From the human T2T-CHM13v2.0 reference genome, Homo sapiens: a DNA stretch of 64,000 bases. A program made the translations under genes and the position numbers. The stretch is taken from the NCBI RefSeq assembly GCF_009914755.1, contig NC_060946.1; one strand, written 5' to 3'. Of the stretch, positions 26,833 through 39,133 are shown in pieces. The number at the start of each line of letters is the position of its first letter. Position 1 is the first letter of the stretch. The notes beneath the pieces were generated by a model. It saw nothing but the letters and a program-made list of their open reading frames with translations. It had not been told where the DNA came from and did not search any database.

Positions 26833-28439
26833 GAGACGCTCCCTGGAAATTGCTGTTCTGTCCTTGATGGTGCCCCCACTTGTGGCAGGTCCCTGCTGCC
26901 TCCGAACCCCAGGAGCCCCCAGGGCTGCTGCTGTGAAGCCTGGAGATGGCTGGGCCTGAGGCCTGCAGCTTGGGGCAGAGCTAGTGTGGGTGTGGGCTGG
27001 TGCCCTGGCTGAGCAGGAGTCTGGCATCTTATTCCAGGAGTGACAGGATGGGGCAGCTGTGCCCAAGGAGGACAGCCTCAGTGTAGGGCAGAGTGTAGTC
27101 CAGCTGGACGGGACAGGCGCGGGGCCCTGGGAGGCTGAGGCCAGGGCTCTGGACCCTCCTGGCCCCTGCCCCAAGGTATGGGCAGTAGGGGCCCAAGTGA
27201 GCAAAGCCGGGCTTGCCAGATGATGTGCCTGGCCAGCTGCAGGGGCCCCGGCTCGGGGCTTCTGGGAGAGTGGAAGGGAGGTGTCTGCAGGTGAGCAGCC
27301 TTTCCGAGTCACTGGCTCTGCCCCAACACCTGCTTTGTCAGGGTACAGACACCTGTATGGTGGGCAGGGCTGGGGATGCCTGTGGGGGCCTCTTGAACAG
27401 GGCCGTGGCTCCTGGTGCGTGCCTGTGTGTAAGGATCTGTGTGCATGCGTGTACCTCACTAAATGAGTGTGGCGTAGGGGTGCATGTGTGCCTGTGAGGA
27501 GTGTGAGCTCATGGTGGCATGTGCACACATGTGCACACATGTGCCCATGGCAGGAAGCCTGGTGTGGCTGGTCTCCGCCCCGGAGCTCTGATGTCTCAGC
27601 TCGAAAGCGGTTCCTGCTAACGCCTCCTCGCCTGTCTGCCCTTCTCACCTTGTCTCTTGGCCTCGGTCCACACTGGCTGGCTAGTTTCACCCAAAATAAA
27701 AGCGGTAATAATAGTAACATCCTAATTGATGTGCGGAGCCAGCGTTATCGGCAGCAAAGTGCCTTTACCCCTGTGGTCATGAGGCGGCCTTGCCAGCCTG
27801 AGCTCTGCCGTTATCCCTGCTGGTCTCGTATCTGTAATGAAATCCCGCACCCTCGCTCAGGTGTGTGGTTTGTGTGTTTCGGGTGTGCGCATCTGTGTGT
27901 GCACGTGTGGGGCATGTGGTGTGTCTGGGACGAGGCAGAGTAGAACTCACAGCCTCTGTCCAGCCCAAACCATCGACGTCCCCAACACTTTCGCAGCCAC
28001 TCCCGCCCACCGAGCACAGCCGAGCCATTTCCCACACCCGCAGAAACTCTCCTTGAGGCCTTTCTCCTTCCGGTTTATGAATAGGTCTTCTCCTGTGTAA
28101 AGCCTTGAAAACAGAGCCGAGCACAGATTTGGGACCTGGGATCCTGAGGCTGTCCTGCCCGGGGGTCACTGCAGAGGGAGTCTTGTCCTTCTAAACTGAC
28201 AAGACAGTCGCTGAGGACATAGTGCAAGGGGCGGCCAGGGTATTAGAAACCACACACCTCGAGATTCTCAGTGGCGAAGAGCACTCACCTGCGGGTATCG
28301 GGGGCTCAGGGAACACACAGGTGTGTCCTGTCACCACGTCCTGGCAGTGCCAGTCCAGTTGCTGGCGTTGCTCACACCTTCGTCCTTGAGAGCCACTCCT
28401 ACAAGGCAAATGACTGGTCACAGGGTACACGTGTCTTAG

Positions 28440-29243
28440 ACCCCCAACACTAAGCCCTGGGTCACCACACACAGGCAACACCCCTCCCCTGACACTAAGC
28501 CACACGTAGGCAACAACCCCCCCCACACACTAAGCCCTGGGCCACACACAGGCAATACCACCCCCCCGACACTAAGCCCTGGGACACCGCACACAGGGGG
28601 GACCCCGACACTAAGCCCTGGGACACCACACACAGGCGGGACCCCCCCCCATCCCCCGACACTAAGCCCTGGGTCACCGCACACAGGGGGGACCCCAACA
28701 CTAAGCCCTGGGACACCACACACAGGGGGGACCCCGACACTAAGCCCTGGGACACCACACACAGGCGGGACCCCGACACTAAGCCCTGGGTCACCACACA
28801 CAGGCAATACCCCTCCCCTGACACTAAGCCACACATAGGCAACAACCCCCCCCACACACTAAGCCCTGGGCCACACACAGGCAATACCACCCCCCTGGAC
28901 ACTAAGCCCTGGGACACTGCACACAGGGGGGACCCCGACACTAAGCCCTGGGACACCACACACAGGCGGGACCCCCCCCATCCCCCGACACTAAGCCCTG
29001 GGTCACCGCACACAGGGGGGACCCCGACACTAAGCCCTGGGACACCGCACACAGGCGGGACCCCGACACTAAGCCCTGGGACACCGCACACAGGCGGGAC
29101 CCCCCCCCATCCCCCGACACTAAGCCCTGGGTCACCGCACACAGGGGGGACCCCGACACTAAGCCCTGGGACACCACACACAGGGGGGACCCCGACACTA
29201 AGCCCTGGGACACCGCACACAGGCGGGACCCCGACACTAAGCC
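28440..29243. repeat. Complex minisatellite (~36-50-bp variant units, core acactaagccctggg) with higher-order structure
   Basis: About 20 recurrences of acactaagcc; the same run of variant units recurs 329 bp apart (identical ORF starts at 28526 and 28855). Confidence 0.95.
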
Positions 29244-31016
29244 CAGCTCTTCTTCTGGCCTCACTTCCTCCCAGGCCCCAGCTCAGAGATGGTGCCCATG
29301 CAGGTGGGCAGGACAGGCTGAGGACACCCCATTGCCCCACCCGTCACTTGGACACAGGCTGGTGTGTGAGCACTCCCTACGGGAACTCTGGGCGGCCCCA
29401 CGGCGCCTCCTTTTCTCCCCGTTGGGGACCTGCCCCCGGGCCCCACCTTCCCAGTGGCACTGTGGGTCACCTCGGGCCGCCCCCTGCCCTCAGGCCTGCG
29501 GGGCCCCTCAGCTGCACCTTGTTTTTGGTCTGACCAAGCACAGAGCTGACATTCGTGAATGGTAAATGCCACCCTCTTGGTCTGTGCCTGTCAAAGTCAT
29601 TTTGGATATTCATCCTGTCATCCGTCACATCAGACATCCTCCCAGATCTGTGTCACAGCCTGGCAGGATCACACGGTTTGTGGGTCTGCGCCCCACGGGT
29701 GGCAGGAGCTGCTCCAGAGGGCCCAGGCTGAGCTCCAGACACCCTGAGGGCCTGTTTCCCGCCAGGGAGGCCCCAGCCCTGGCCCCTGAGTGGCTCCCTT
29801 TGTCACACCTCCTGGAGCCTGGGCCTGATCTATGCCCACCTGAAGCCACATGCAGGTGCCCCCACTGCCCCACCAGCCCCCGCCTAGCACCTGGAAGAAG
29901 GGGGTACCGCTTGTCTCCCTGGGTCCAGCCATCTCCCCTGTCAAAACTTGGCTCACTTATAAAAACAGAGTGGCTGGACTTGGACCTGTACCCACCTCTA
30001 CTCAGTCCACAGCATCCTTCCTGCCATCACCTGCCGGGGTCCTGGAGAGCCAGCAGTCCCCAGGGTCTGGGCAGGGCTCTGGGAATTTTGCCGGATGCTT
30101 TCTCCATTGCTCTCCCCCTCATCCACAGGCCCCAAATCGTGACCGCACCCCCCCAACCCCGCCGCCCAAGGCCTGTGGCATCAGCTCTGTGAGCTGTTTC
30201 TGTAAAGTTTGTAGGAACCCAGGTGATGATGGTGCTAGCCTGGGTGGGTTGCGGAGGGCGTGCTGCAGCCCCTGAACCCAGTCCAGCCCCTGCCTCGCTG
30301 TGCCAGTGCAGCAGATGGGGCCGGCGCCAGGCTCTTCGGCTCTTTGGCTCTGCAGGCCTTAGGCTCCTGGAGGCCACCAGACCACTCCTCAGTTCCTGTC
30401 CTGGGACGGTGGAGGCTAGATCTGGCCCTCAGCAGGGCTCCCAGGCAGGTCTACCATGCAGCTCTGCTGGAGGGTGGAGGGTCCCACGCTGCGTGGGAGC
30501 TCAGAGCTGGCGTCTGAGTGGGCATGGGGGCATGCCAGCACCCACCGCCCCCTGCATGCCGATGAGGGACATGAATGGGCCCACGGCCTGCGGAAGCTCC
30601 TCCAGCCTGTGCGCCCAGTGCAGACACAGCCTGGGCTCCCTTGGCAACCAAGGCTGGCTTATCTCAGCTGTCACGGGGAGTGTGCTTCTAAGGGGGGGCT
30701 TCCCCTGGGACGTGGTCTCCCTTTTTGGCTTAGACACAGCCAGCTGGGTGGGCAGGGCAGGGCAGGGCTGGGCTGGGCTGTGGGTGATGAGAGGCGTTTA
30801 CCCCGGGGCCATTTCTTGCAGAGGCTGGGCGGGGGCTCCTAAGTGTGCAAGCTCCCCCAGCCACATGGCGCACAGATGGTGCCCGGCTCACACCTGGCTC
30901 TGCCTGTCAGGGGTCTTCTCTGTATGGCAAGGAGCTAGGCTGCGTCCCTGTTTCAGAGGCCAGGGGACTCTGAATTAGGAAGTGAGTGGTCTGCCCAGGC
31001 TCCCCAGTTGGGGAGG

Positions 31017-31500
31017 TGTTGGTGGGGGTCTGCCCTATGGGACAACTTCTGTCTGAAGCTGAGACCGTGGGGGCACCGTGGCCCTTGTTGGGGCAGTGAG
31101 AACAGTGGGGGGCTGTTGGTGGGGGTCTGCCCTACGGGACAGCTTCTGTCTGAAGCTGAGACCGTGGGGGCACCGTGGCCCTTGTTGGGGCAGTGAGAAC
31201 AGTGGGGGGCTGTTGGTGGGGGTCTGCCCTACGGGACAGCTTCTGCCTGAAGCTGAGACCGTGGGGGCACCGTGGCCCTTGTTGGGGCAGTGAGAACAGT
31301 GGGGGGCTGTTGGTGGGGGTCTGCCCTATGGGACAGCTTCTGTCTGAAGCTGAGACCGTGGGGGCACCGTGGCCCTTGTTGGGGCAGTGAGAACAGTGGG
31401 GGGCTGTTGGTGGGGGTCTGCCCTATGGGACAGCTTCTGCCTGAAGCTGAGACCGTGGGGGCACCGTGGCCCCCCTGCCAGGGCAGTGGGAACAGTGGTC
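31017..31500. repeat. Minisatellite, ~5 x 97 bp
   Basis: tgttggtgggggtctgccta(t/c)gggacagcttctg(t/c)ctgaagctgagaccgtgggggcaccgtggccc...; ORF starts spaced at 97 bp (31078, 31175, 31272, 31369). Confidence 0.96.
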
Positions 31501-32289
31501 CGTGGTCTCTGGTGGTTCCCTGCTGCCTTAGAATGTGCCAGGTGGCCACATTCTTTCCACAGAAGGGGGTCTCTGTGAAATGATGCGTGACAAACACCAC
31601 CTATGGAAAGGAGGTTTCATATGATCAACCCATATGCAGCCCGACAGAAAGTCAAATTTGGGGATGTGTTCCGGGAGGGGCTGGTCCTGGGGGCTGGAGG
31701 GGTGGATTCTTTATTTTTTAAAATCTCTCTCTCTGACTTCCGATTTTTGCCACACGATGATGTCACTGCCTTTCTAAGAAAACTCCCCCAAAGGCAGCTT
31801 TGTTCTTTTCCATTCTGATGGTGGCTGCCCCTCCCCACTGCACTCCCTCCCCTCGCACACGATGCCCTCCCCTTCCCCCTGCACGCCCTCCCCTCCACCC
31901 CACACGCCCTCCGCTCGCACACAACACCCTCCCTTCCCCCCCGCACACCCTCCCCTCACACACGATGCCGTCCCCTCGCACACGCGTGTGCACACGGCCT
32001 CGCTAACTGGGAGCCCTCGGAGGCCCCCGGTCCAGGCCAACCCAGCGGAAAGTCGGTGGGGGGACCTGCAAGGTCCCATGTCCTCTCAGCAGAGGCCACT
32101 CCCCAAGCACTCGGCCTGGGCTTTGTGGGAGTTGGCGCTGGAGAAGGAATTGTGATTACTTGCTTTATTTTTGAATGTTTTTCCTTCTGGTCTTAAAAGC
32201 AATGCAAACTCCTTATTTAAAAACAAAAAAAGATGAGAGAAAAGACAGAAACACCATCCCCTATCTCCAAGAAAAGGCCGGCGCCGTGG

Positions 32290-32520
32290 GTAGACCAGCA
32301 GCACGCTGAGGGGGGCAGCCTGCTGGCATCGTGGGTGGACCAGCAGCATGCTGAGGGGGGCAGCCTGGTGGAGGGGCCTGCACTTTTCTGAGGGGGGCAG
32401 CCTGGTGAAGGGGCCTGTGCTTTGCTGAGTGGGGCAGCCCTGTGAAGGGGCCTGTGCTTTGCTGCGTGGGGCAGCCTGGTGGAGCGGCCTGCGCTTTGCT
32501 GAGGGTGCCAAGCCCTGTGG
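32290..32520. repeat. Degenerate ~38-bp tandem repeat
   Basis: Recurring ctgag(g/t)ggggcagcctggtg(g/a)aggggcctg(c/t)(a/g)cttt. Confidence 0.75.
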
Positions 32521-32927
32521 GGAGGCCTCGCCACTGTCCCAGCCCTGCCAGAGCCCCAGGGGACCCCAGAACCTCCCAAATGGCCTCCTTCCAGAAGTTG
32601 GGCAGGTGCAAAGGGGCGGCCCAGGGGTCCGGGTCTACCCTGTACCTCCAGACAGCAGGGACACCTCCAGGCTATCATGCCCCACAGGCAGCCCTGGTGC
32701 GGCCTCCACAGCTCCTGACTCCTGGTGGGCCCGCCCTCCCTTCTGAACCCCCCTTTCTAAGAATGAGGCGATTTTGGAGCTCGTGAGCAGAGGGGCGGTC
32801 AGCACTGGATGGCAGCCAAGCATCACCCAGCACTCGGAGCCGGACCACTGAGGACCCTGTCCCTGCAGCCTGGAGACCAGGCCGGCCTGGACCCCTCCCC
32901 AAAGGCCTCACAGTGGGCAGAGATTGG

Positions 32928-33165
32928 GGTGTGTGGGAGTGTACATGCCGTGTGTGTGACTGTGTGGTCTGTGTGTGTGGAGTATGTGGTGTGTGGCCTG
33001 CGTGGTCTTTCTGTGTGATATATGCTGACCCATGTGTGTGGGTTGTGTGTGGGCACGTGTTTGGTCAGTGTGTGGTATGTACATTCACATGTGGGGGGTG
33101 TGTTTGGTCTGTGTGTGCACGTGTGTGGTGTGTGTGCATGCACACGTGTGTGTGAGTCCTGTGTG
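32928..33165. repeat. (TG)-rich low-complexity tract
   Basis: Imperfect gtgtgt runs. Confidence 0.85.
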
Positions 33166-36100
33166 GTACACAGGGGGAACAGCTGTGGGAGAGCCAGGGA
33201 GCTCCACTCTAGAGCTCCACACACCCTGGCTCTTGGCTGCCCTGGCCCTGTCAGTAGTCCCAGAAGGAGGTTTTGGGGCCACTCAGGTATTGGGCTGAGT
33301 GTTCTCATTTGGGGAATGGGACCCTGGGGTTGGGGTGAGTCCTGGGCCAGCCCCTGGCCTGGCAGAGCCCATCCCTGCCTTTGCATCTGCTGCAGGCTCC
33401 AGGCATCCACCTGCTGGGGCTGAGCTGGGGGTCGCGACAGCCCAGAAAGACTGAGAGGCACTGCAACCCGGCTGCCATGTGGATCTCAGATGCACGGCCT
33501 CCAGCGCCATGGGATAAGAACGTGTACCGTTCAGGCTGCCCGGTGCGTGGCTCGCTGTGGCGATCTGTTACGCAGGAAGCTCCTGCAAGGCCCTGATGCC
33601 TCCTCTGGGAAGCTTCCCAGTGGCCGCAGGGCAGAGGTGTAGGGGTGGCCTTGTTTCAGGGCTCAGCACCGTCTCGTCCATGGAGTTTGGTTCGAATTGT
33701 GTCCCTGAGGGCTGAGAGTGTTCGGTTGGCCGTGGCTGGTTTGGGGACCGCCTGGGTGAGGGTGACCTGGGATTGGAGACCCTCCAGTGTGCACTTTGGT
33801 GTGGCCCTGCCCAGTGCGTGGCACCTGTGCCCCTTACAGAGGAGGAGGCCAGCTAGGAGGGACAACAGCTTGCCCAGGGGCTGGCCATGCCAAAGCCCTG
33901 GCCGGTCGGGTAGCACCTGAGGGGTGTGCTGTGTGGTTGGCGGCTTAGTGACTAGGCTCAGCAGCAGGGCTAGCAGGCTTTCTCAGGCTCAGCAGTACCC
34001 CAGCACTGCTGTGGCCATCTCCCCATGGCACCAGCTACTGTAGGTGGATGACTCCAGAGCTGCCCCATTTTGGGCCCTGCCCCAAGGAGGCAGCTGGCCC
34101 TGGGGTGGCCTGGACACCATGAGTCTCTGCTGGGGCTGATGTCAGAGGGAAGGGTCTGGGGTCAAGGTGGCGGCAACGCAGCCTGGAATAGTGGAGTGGC
34201 CCAGAGCCAACCTGCAGAGCTTAACACAGCAGCTGGGGACCATCCTCAGATCACAGTGACTTTCCTTCTGCGTAAATCACAACGTAAGAACGTGTGCTCG
34301 GGACCCGTCCAGATGCGTGTTGCCCCACAGCATGGCTTTGACGCAGTAACCGCTGTTATCCAGAGAGAAGCAGCGCCTCATCCTCCCGGATGCTCTTTCC
34401 TCGTGGTATTTATTCATCCACTTCTTCTCTTGCTCATTTGGTGTCGCCCTTTTCTGGGAGCAGTGTGTAATTTTGTGTGCAATTTGGTAGTGGAAGTCCA
34501 AGTTCCCGCCCCACAGCCTTCGGGGAGGGGGCCCCGAGCGGGGGACCAGGGTTTTGCTCATCGTGGGAGGGGCTTGCTGGTGGGGTTGGTTCATAGTCCC
34601 AGGGGAGGCCCCTGCTGCCCCAGCATCCTTCCTGTGAACTTATGCCACCCCCTCCCCGCAGCCACGCACCAGCCATGACTCAGCAGGCCCTTATGCACTG
34701 GGCTCTGCAGCCTGGCCTGGGGCACCTTGGACAGCTCCATGCCCTGCACCATGGGCAGAAGGAGCTGGGGCAGGCCGGTCTGGTGCCCACTAGAGTCATC
34801 CAGTGCCTCCTGGTCACAATCAGACACGGGCACTCCCCAGGGTTGAGGACAGTCTGAGCCGTGTTGGGTGTTGGGATGAGAGAGCTGGGCGGCCTCTCCA
34901 AGTTCCTCCAAGCCGCACCCTGCCAGCACATGTGATGTCTGCCCTGGCCAGGGTGCTGGGCTGGGGGACCCAGAGGTGACAGGTGACAAGGCAGGTGCCA
35001 GAGGAGGGGCCGTCTAAGGTTATCATAGGAGAAAAAGTGGGATGGATAAGGAAGGGCACCCAGGCTGTAGAAACGGCTGCTGGAGAGCACCCGGGCATTG
35101 CCTGCAGGTTCCTCTCTGCAAGGGTGGGATGGCCACCCTTCGTCCCTCACGCACCCACCACGGCTTTCCTCGGAGTCACCTCCCTGCCATCCTGTTGTCC
35201 TGAGCCCCCCAGGCAGCCCGCAGACTCTCTGCTGATCCCCACAGGCTGGGAGCCCTGAGTCCGTGCATCTCTGATGCTGCGGCCATCTCCCCCAGCTGGA
35301 AGGGGCCCCTGGGGAGGACACCAAATTCTTTTCTAACCGCCGTGGCCCCAGGGCCCTGCACAGAGGAGGGCTTGCAGCAGGCACTCATTACCTACTCAGA
35401 TGAAGGAGTGAGGCAGCGAGTAAGTAGACATCCAGGTGGTTCCAGGGAGCAGGTGCCCATGTGGAGCTGGATGGCAGGGGACCTGGCACTCACCGTTCAG
35501 GGCAGATTTGGGCAGCACTGGCTGAGGGACAAGCTCCATCCTGCCCTGGGGATGCTGGGTTTTCATCTTCACCTGGAGCACGGGCACTGTCTTTATTTGT
35601 CAGTGTTAATATTTGGCTGTGATTGGTGGTGGCCATGCTGCGTTTTACCAGCAGAGTGGTATCTTAAATTCCATGGGTTTATTTGCAGGGTAGAACTTCC
35701 TGGCTGTTCATCTTCCCGCACCTGAGATGCCTGGGCTGTCGGGCCCTTGCAGAGACAGCCTTCTCCTTGGAATTTAGGGGATGCGGAGGGGGCAGTGAGG
35801 AAAGCCAGGGAAATTATTTATGTTGGCACCTTTGGAAGAAATGTGTCCCTTCTCTGTACCACAGGTGATCCCAGAGCCTGACTCTGCCCCCGGGGTCCTT
35901 CCTGCTTCCCTCCTGCCCTGTGGGGTATCTGTAATGTGGGGAGCAGAGGTGGTGTGACAAGGGAGATGGGGATGCAGGGTGCTCCTGTGGGAGCCTGTCC
36001 ACGACACCCATGGGTGGTGGGTGTCTGCAGAGCACATCCATGAAGCTTGTGTGTACCTGTGTCTGCATGGGCACGTGCACCCCTGGGGAGCATGTCCTCA

Positions 36101-36859
36101 TGTGCTGCTGGTGAGCCTGAGACCCCTGGCCTTAGTGTGCTCACACCTGGGTGCCACCCGTGTAAACCTGCGTGCCTGTGGCTCACTCCAGGGGTGTGTT
36201 GCGTGCACATCTGTGCCTTGTGTGCGGTCATGTGTGCCTGTTTGCACACACATACATGCACATATGTGTGTGTGGGCGTGCACCGCGCTGTGGGAGGGCG
36301 GAGGAAATCCTGAACCCTTTGGCATCGATGCACACAGTGGTGCCCGCCTGCTCGTTCCTCTGTACCCAGGCAGGCATGGCAGTTCCTCCCTGGCAGCGTG
36401 GCTGGTTCCACACAACTTTTGACAAGCCTGAGCGGGGGTCTGACCTATTTTCCGGCTCCAAAGTGCCACACCCTGGGGCCAGTGTGCTGGCACTTGGGGA
36501 TGGAGACCAAGCACTGTGCCTCGTACAGCCCGGCTTCTCTCCAGCAGGTGCCTGATTGTGTGCAGGGGAGCCAGCTCCCTCCTTGTGATCCGAACCTTTC
36601 ATTTCCGGGCGTGATAAAGATGGGGCTGTGTTTAATTTCCTGTCTGCCAAGGCAGCACCACCGCCTGAACACCAGGCTGCACACAGGGTGGAGGTCGCCG
36701 ACTTGACCCAGCTCTGGCTTCCATCGAGCGCTCCTTGCTGGCAGCCTTCGAGGTGCTTTCGGACGCTCCCTCTGAGTGAAGCGGTCTTCCTGCCCTGTGG
36801 CCTGGCTGCTGGGGGCCCCTCTGTGGGTGGGCTCTGGGTGGGCTCTGGCTGTGGGGTGT

Positions 36860-36902
36860 CTGTAACGTGTGGCCGCTCAGTCGCTTCTGCTCCTCTCTGC
36901 AG
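36860..36902 (+). promoter_or_regulatory. 3' splice site (candidate branch point, polypyrimidine tract, AG) of the TAFA5 exon
   Basis: tgtaac at 36861-36866 fits yTnAy; pyrimidine tract 36881-36900; AG at 36901-36902. Confidence 0.8.
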
Positions 36903-37052
36903 GTCAGCTGGCCGCCGGCACCTGTGAGATTGTGACCTTGGACCGGGACAGCAGCCAGCCTCGGAGGACGATCGCCCGGCAGACCGCCCGCTGTGCGTGT
37001 AGAAAGGGGCAGATCGCCGGCACCACGAGAGCCCGGCCCGCCTGTGTGGACG
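36903..37052 (+). CDS. TAFA5: Internal coding exon (150 nt, phase 1/1) of TAFA chemokine-like family member 5 (FAM19A5)
   Basis: Pyrimidine tract tcgcttctgctcctctctgcAG ends at 36902; donor G|gtaagc starts at 37053. Translation (x)QLAAGTCEIVTLDRDSSQPRRTIARQTARCACRKGQIAGTTRARPACVD matches recalled TAFA5 and the TAFA pattern GTCE...CxCxxGQxAGTTRxxPxCVD. CpGs are locally retained. Confidence 0.97.
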
Positions 37053-38842
37053 GTAAGCACCCGTGGCCCCAGGACCCCTCCGGGTGCTGAGCGCGGCGTC
37101 ACCAAAGGTGCCTCTTCCCTGACGCGGCCCCTTACCTGAAGGTCCCCCTAGGCCTCAGCGCATCCTCGGGTCAGGCCCCTGGCTGTTGGCACAGCTGTTC
37201 CCATGGATGGTGTGAGCTTGTGGCTTGGGGACTGGCTGGGGTGCAGTCTCCAGTTCCTGGGGGAGTGGTCGGGGAGATGCCGGTGCCCTGCCTTACTTGC
37301 CTATGTTTGGGGCTCTCTGGCCCAAGGCTGTGGTTCTCTGATGTTGCCTCTGGGAGAGGAGAAGGACAGCAGAGGGGTCATCTGCAGGATGGCAAGGTCC
37401 CCTGGGTGCCGTTCCATCGTCTGCGTGTGGTCTGGCCGAGGCTGCCAGCGGGACCTGGCTCCTTGTCTCTGGGTCTGGCCAGTTCAAGACACTCTCATGC
37501 CTAGACTCGGGAGGCCGCAGCTCCGGCCCCCATGGGCTCTGAGCACATGCAGATGAGTGCCTGCTGGCAGCTGGCAGTGACCCCCGGCCCCTAGAAGTCA
37601 AGCTTCTGACAAGCTGGGCCGTGGCTGAGGGATGATAGTGTTGCTGAGTGAACACTTGGAAAGGGCACCTGCTATGAGGTGACATGGGGCGGGAGGGGCT
37701 GTCCCGGCGTCTGGTGGGAGCCTGTCATCTGGTAGGGAACTCTGCTGTGTCTATGCTGTGCCTGACCATGGGGAGAGAGTGGGCTTGACTAAGACCACTG
37801 GTGACCAGCTAAGTTCAGGGGACAGCATGAGACCTGGGAACCCCACAGCCGGGACCTCCCCAAGGCCCAGTGTGTCCCGGGAAGGCATCTGGTGTCAACA
37901 CCAGCCAAAGGTCACAGGTGGGCATGTAGGCCCGGCATTAAATCCAGGCTGCCTCCCTCCCTTGTGACCAGAGTGGGTAGGGAGACCCCTCCCTGGGGCA
38001 GACATGAGGGCTGCCATGTGCCAGTCCAGGCAGCCTTGGGGTGAAGGACCCCACGCAGGGGTATTGGATGCCTTGGTTCCAGGCGCAGCAGCTTGACCAC
38101 AGCCCAGGAGAGAGTGCAGGGAGGGAGGGTCCCCCGTGGGTGAGATGCGGAGTCCCCTATGTGGGGTCCCTGACGCCACTTCTTGGGGTGGAGAGAAACC
38201 AGCATCCCTGAGTGACAGGCGTAGACTTGGGGTTGCCCTCGAGCTGCGGCCCGGTAGGGGCAGAGGCCCTGCAAAGCCAGAAGAAGATAGGGACAGGGGC
38301 TGGGCAGGTGGAGTAGGGCCGAGGATATGTAGGGGTGTCGCTGGCCAGTGGCCCCTCCAGTCCTTGGTGGACTTCAGGGCAGCCTTATCCGTGGCATCCT
38401 GCACTGAAACATGGTTGCGAGCATCTCAGGCCTGGCGCAGTGCTCACTGGCCTTCTGGGGACGCGGTGCAGGGACCTGTGGAGATGTGTCCCATGCTCAG
38501 CTGGCCCACCCCATGGATGGCAGGCCCCTGCCAGGCCTCCCAGGGCTGGATTTGGAGTCTGAGTTTCCTGACTCTGGTCAAGGGTCCTTTCCTCCCCCAC
38601 TCCCCCTGTGGGGGCTCCGGATGCCCAACTTCGGATCCCACCGCCTCTGCCCAGGAGCCTGACGTGGGCAGCCTTGCCCGTGTGCTGTGATTGAGAACAC
38701 GGGGTCAGGGATAGAGCCTGCTGCTACGTGGGTGCTGGTGAAGGTCCATGGAGAAGGGATGGGGCGTACAGAGACAGGGCCAAGGCATCCTGAGCACTCC
38801 ACAGAGGGAGGCGGCTGCACTAGGAAAAAGAATGCCCGTATC

Positions 38843-39133
38843 AGCCAGGCGCAGTAGCTCACGCCTGCAATCCCAGTACTATGGGAGGCTGAGGCGGGTG
38901 GATCACGAGGTCAGGAGTTCAGGACCAGCCTGGTCAAGATGGTGAAACCCTGTCTCTACTAAAAATACAAAATTACCCGGGCGTGGTGGTGTGCACCAGC
39001 TACTCGGGAGGCTGAGGCAGAGAATTGCTTGAACCCGGGAGGCGGAGGTTGCAGTGAGCCGAGATCACGCCACTGCACTCCAGCCTGGGTGGCAGAGCAA
39101 GACTCTGTCTCAGACAAACAAACAAACAAAAAA
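38843..39133 (+). mobile_element. Alu (AluS, Sg-like) with small internal deletion, (AAAC)n tail and TSD
   Basis: agccaggcgcagtagctcacgcctg..gatcacgaggtcaggag; TSD aaaaagaatgc(cc/tg)gtatc on both sides. Confidence 0.95.

Noticed and set aside
26695-27720. 341-aa ORF with a signal-peptide-like start (MLLLLPLLFW)
   Set aside because: Antisense, GC-rich composition, ends in a 45-bp repeat; no recognisable homology or splice structure
28440-29243. CRISPR-like look (constant core with variable intervals)
   Set aside because: The intervals are variants of one another rather than unique spacers; no cas genes; primate DNA
36869-37090. 73-aa ORF as a standalone gene
   Set aside because: Only 36903-37052 is exon; the GTG start and the tail GKHPWPQDPSGC are intronic read-through
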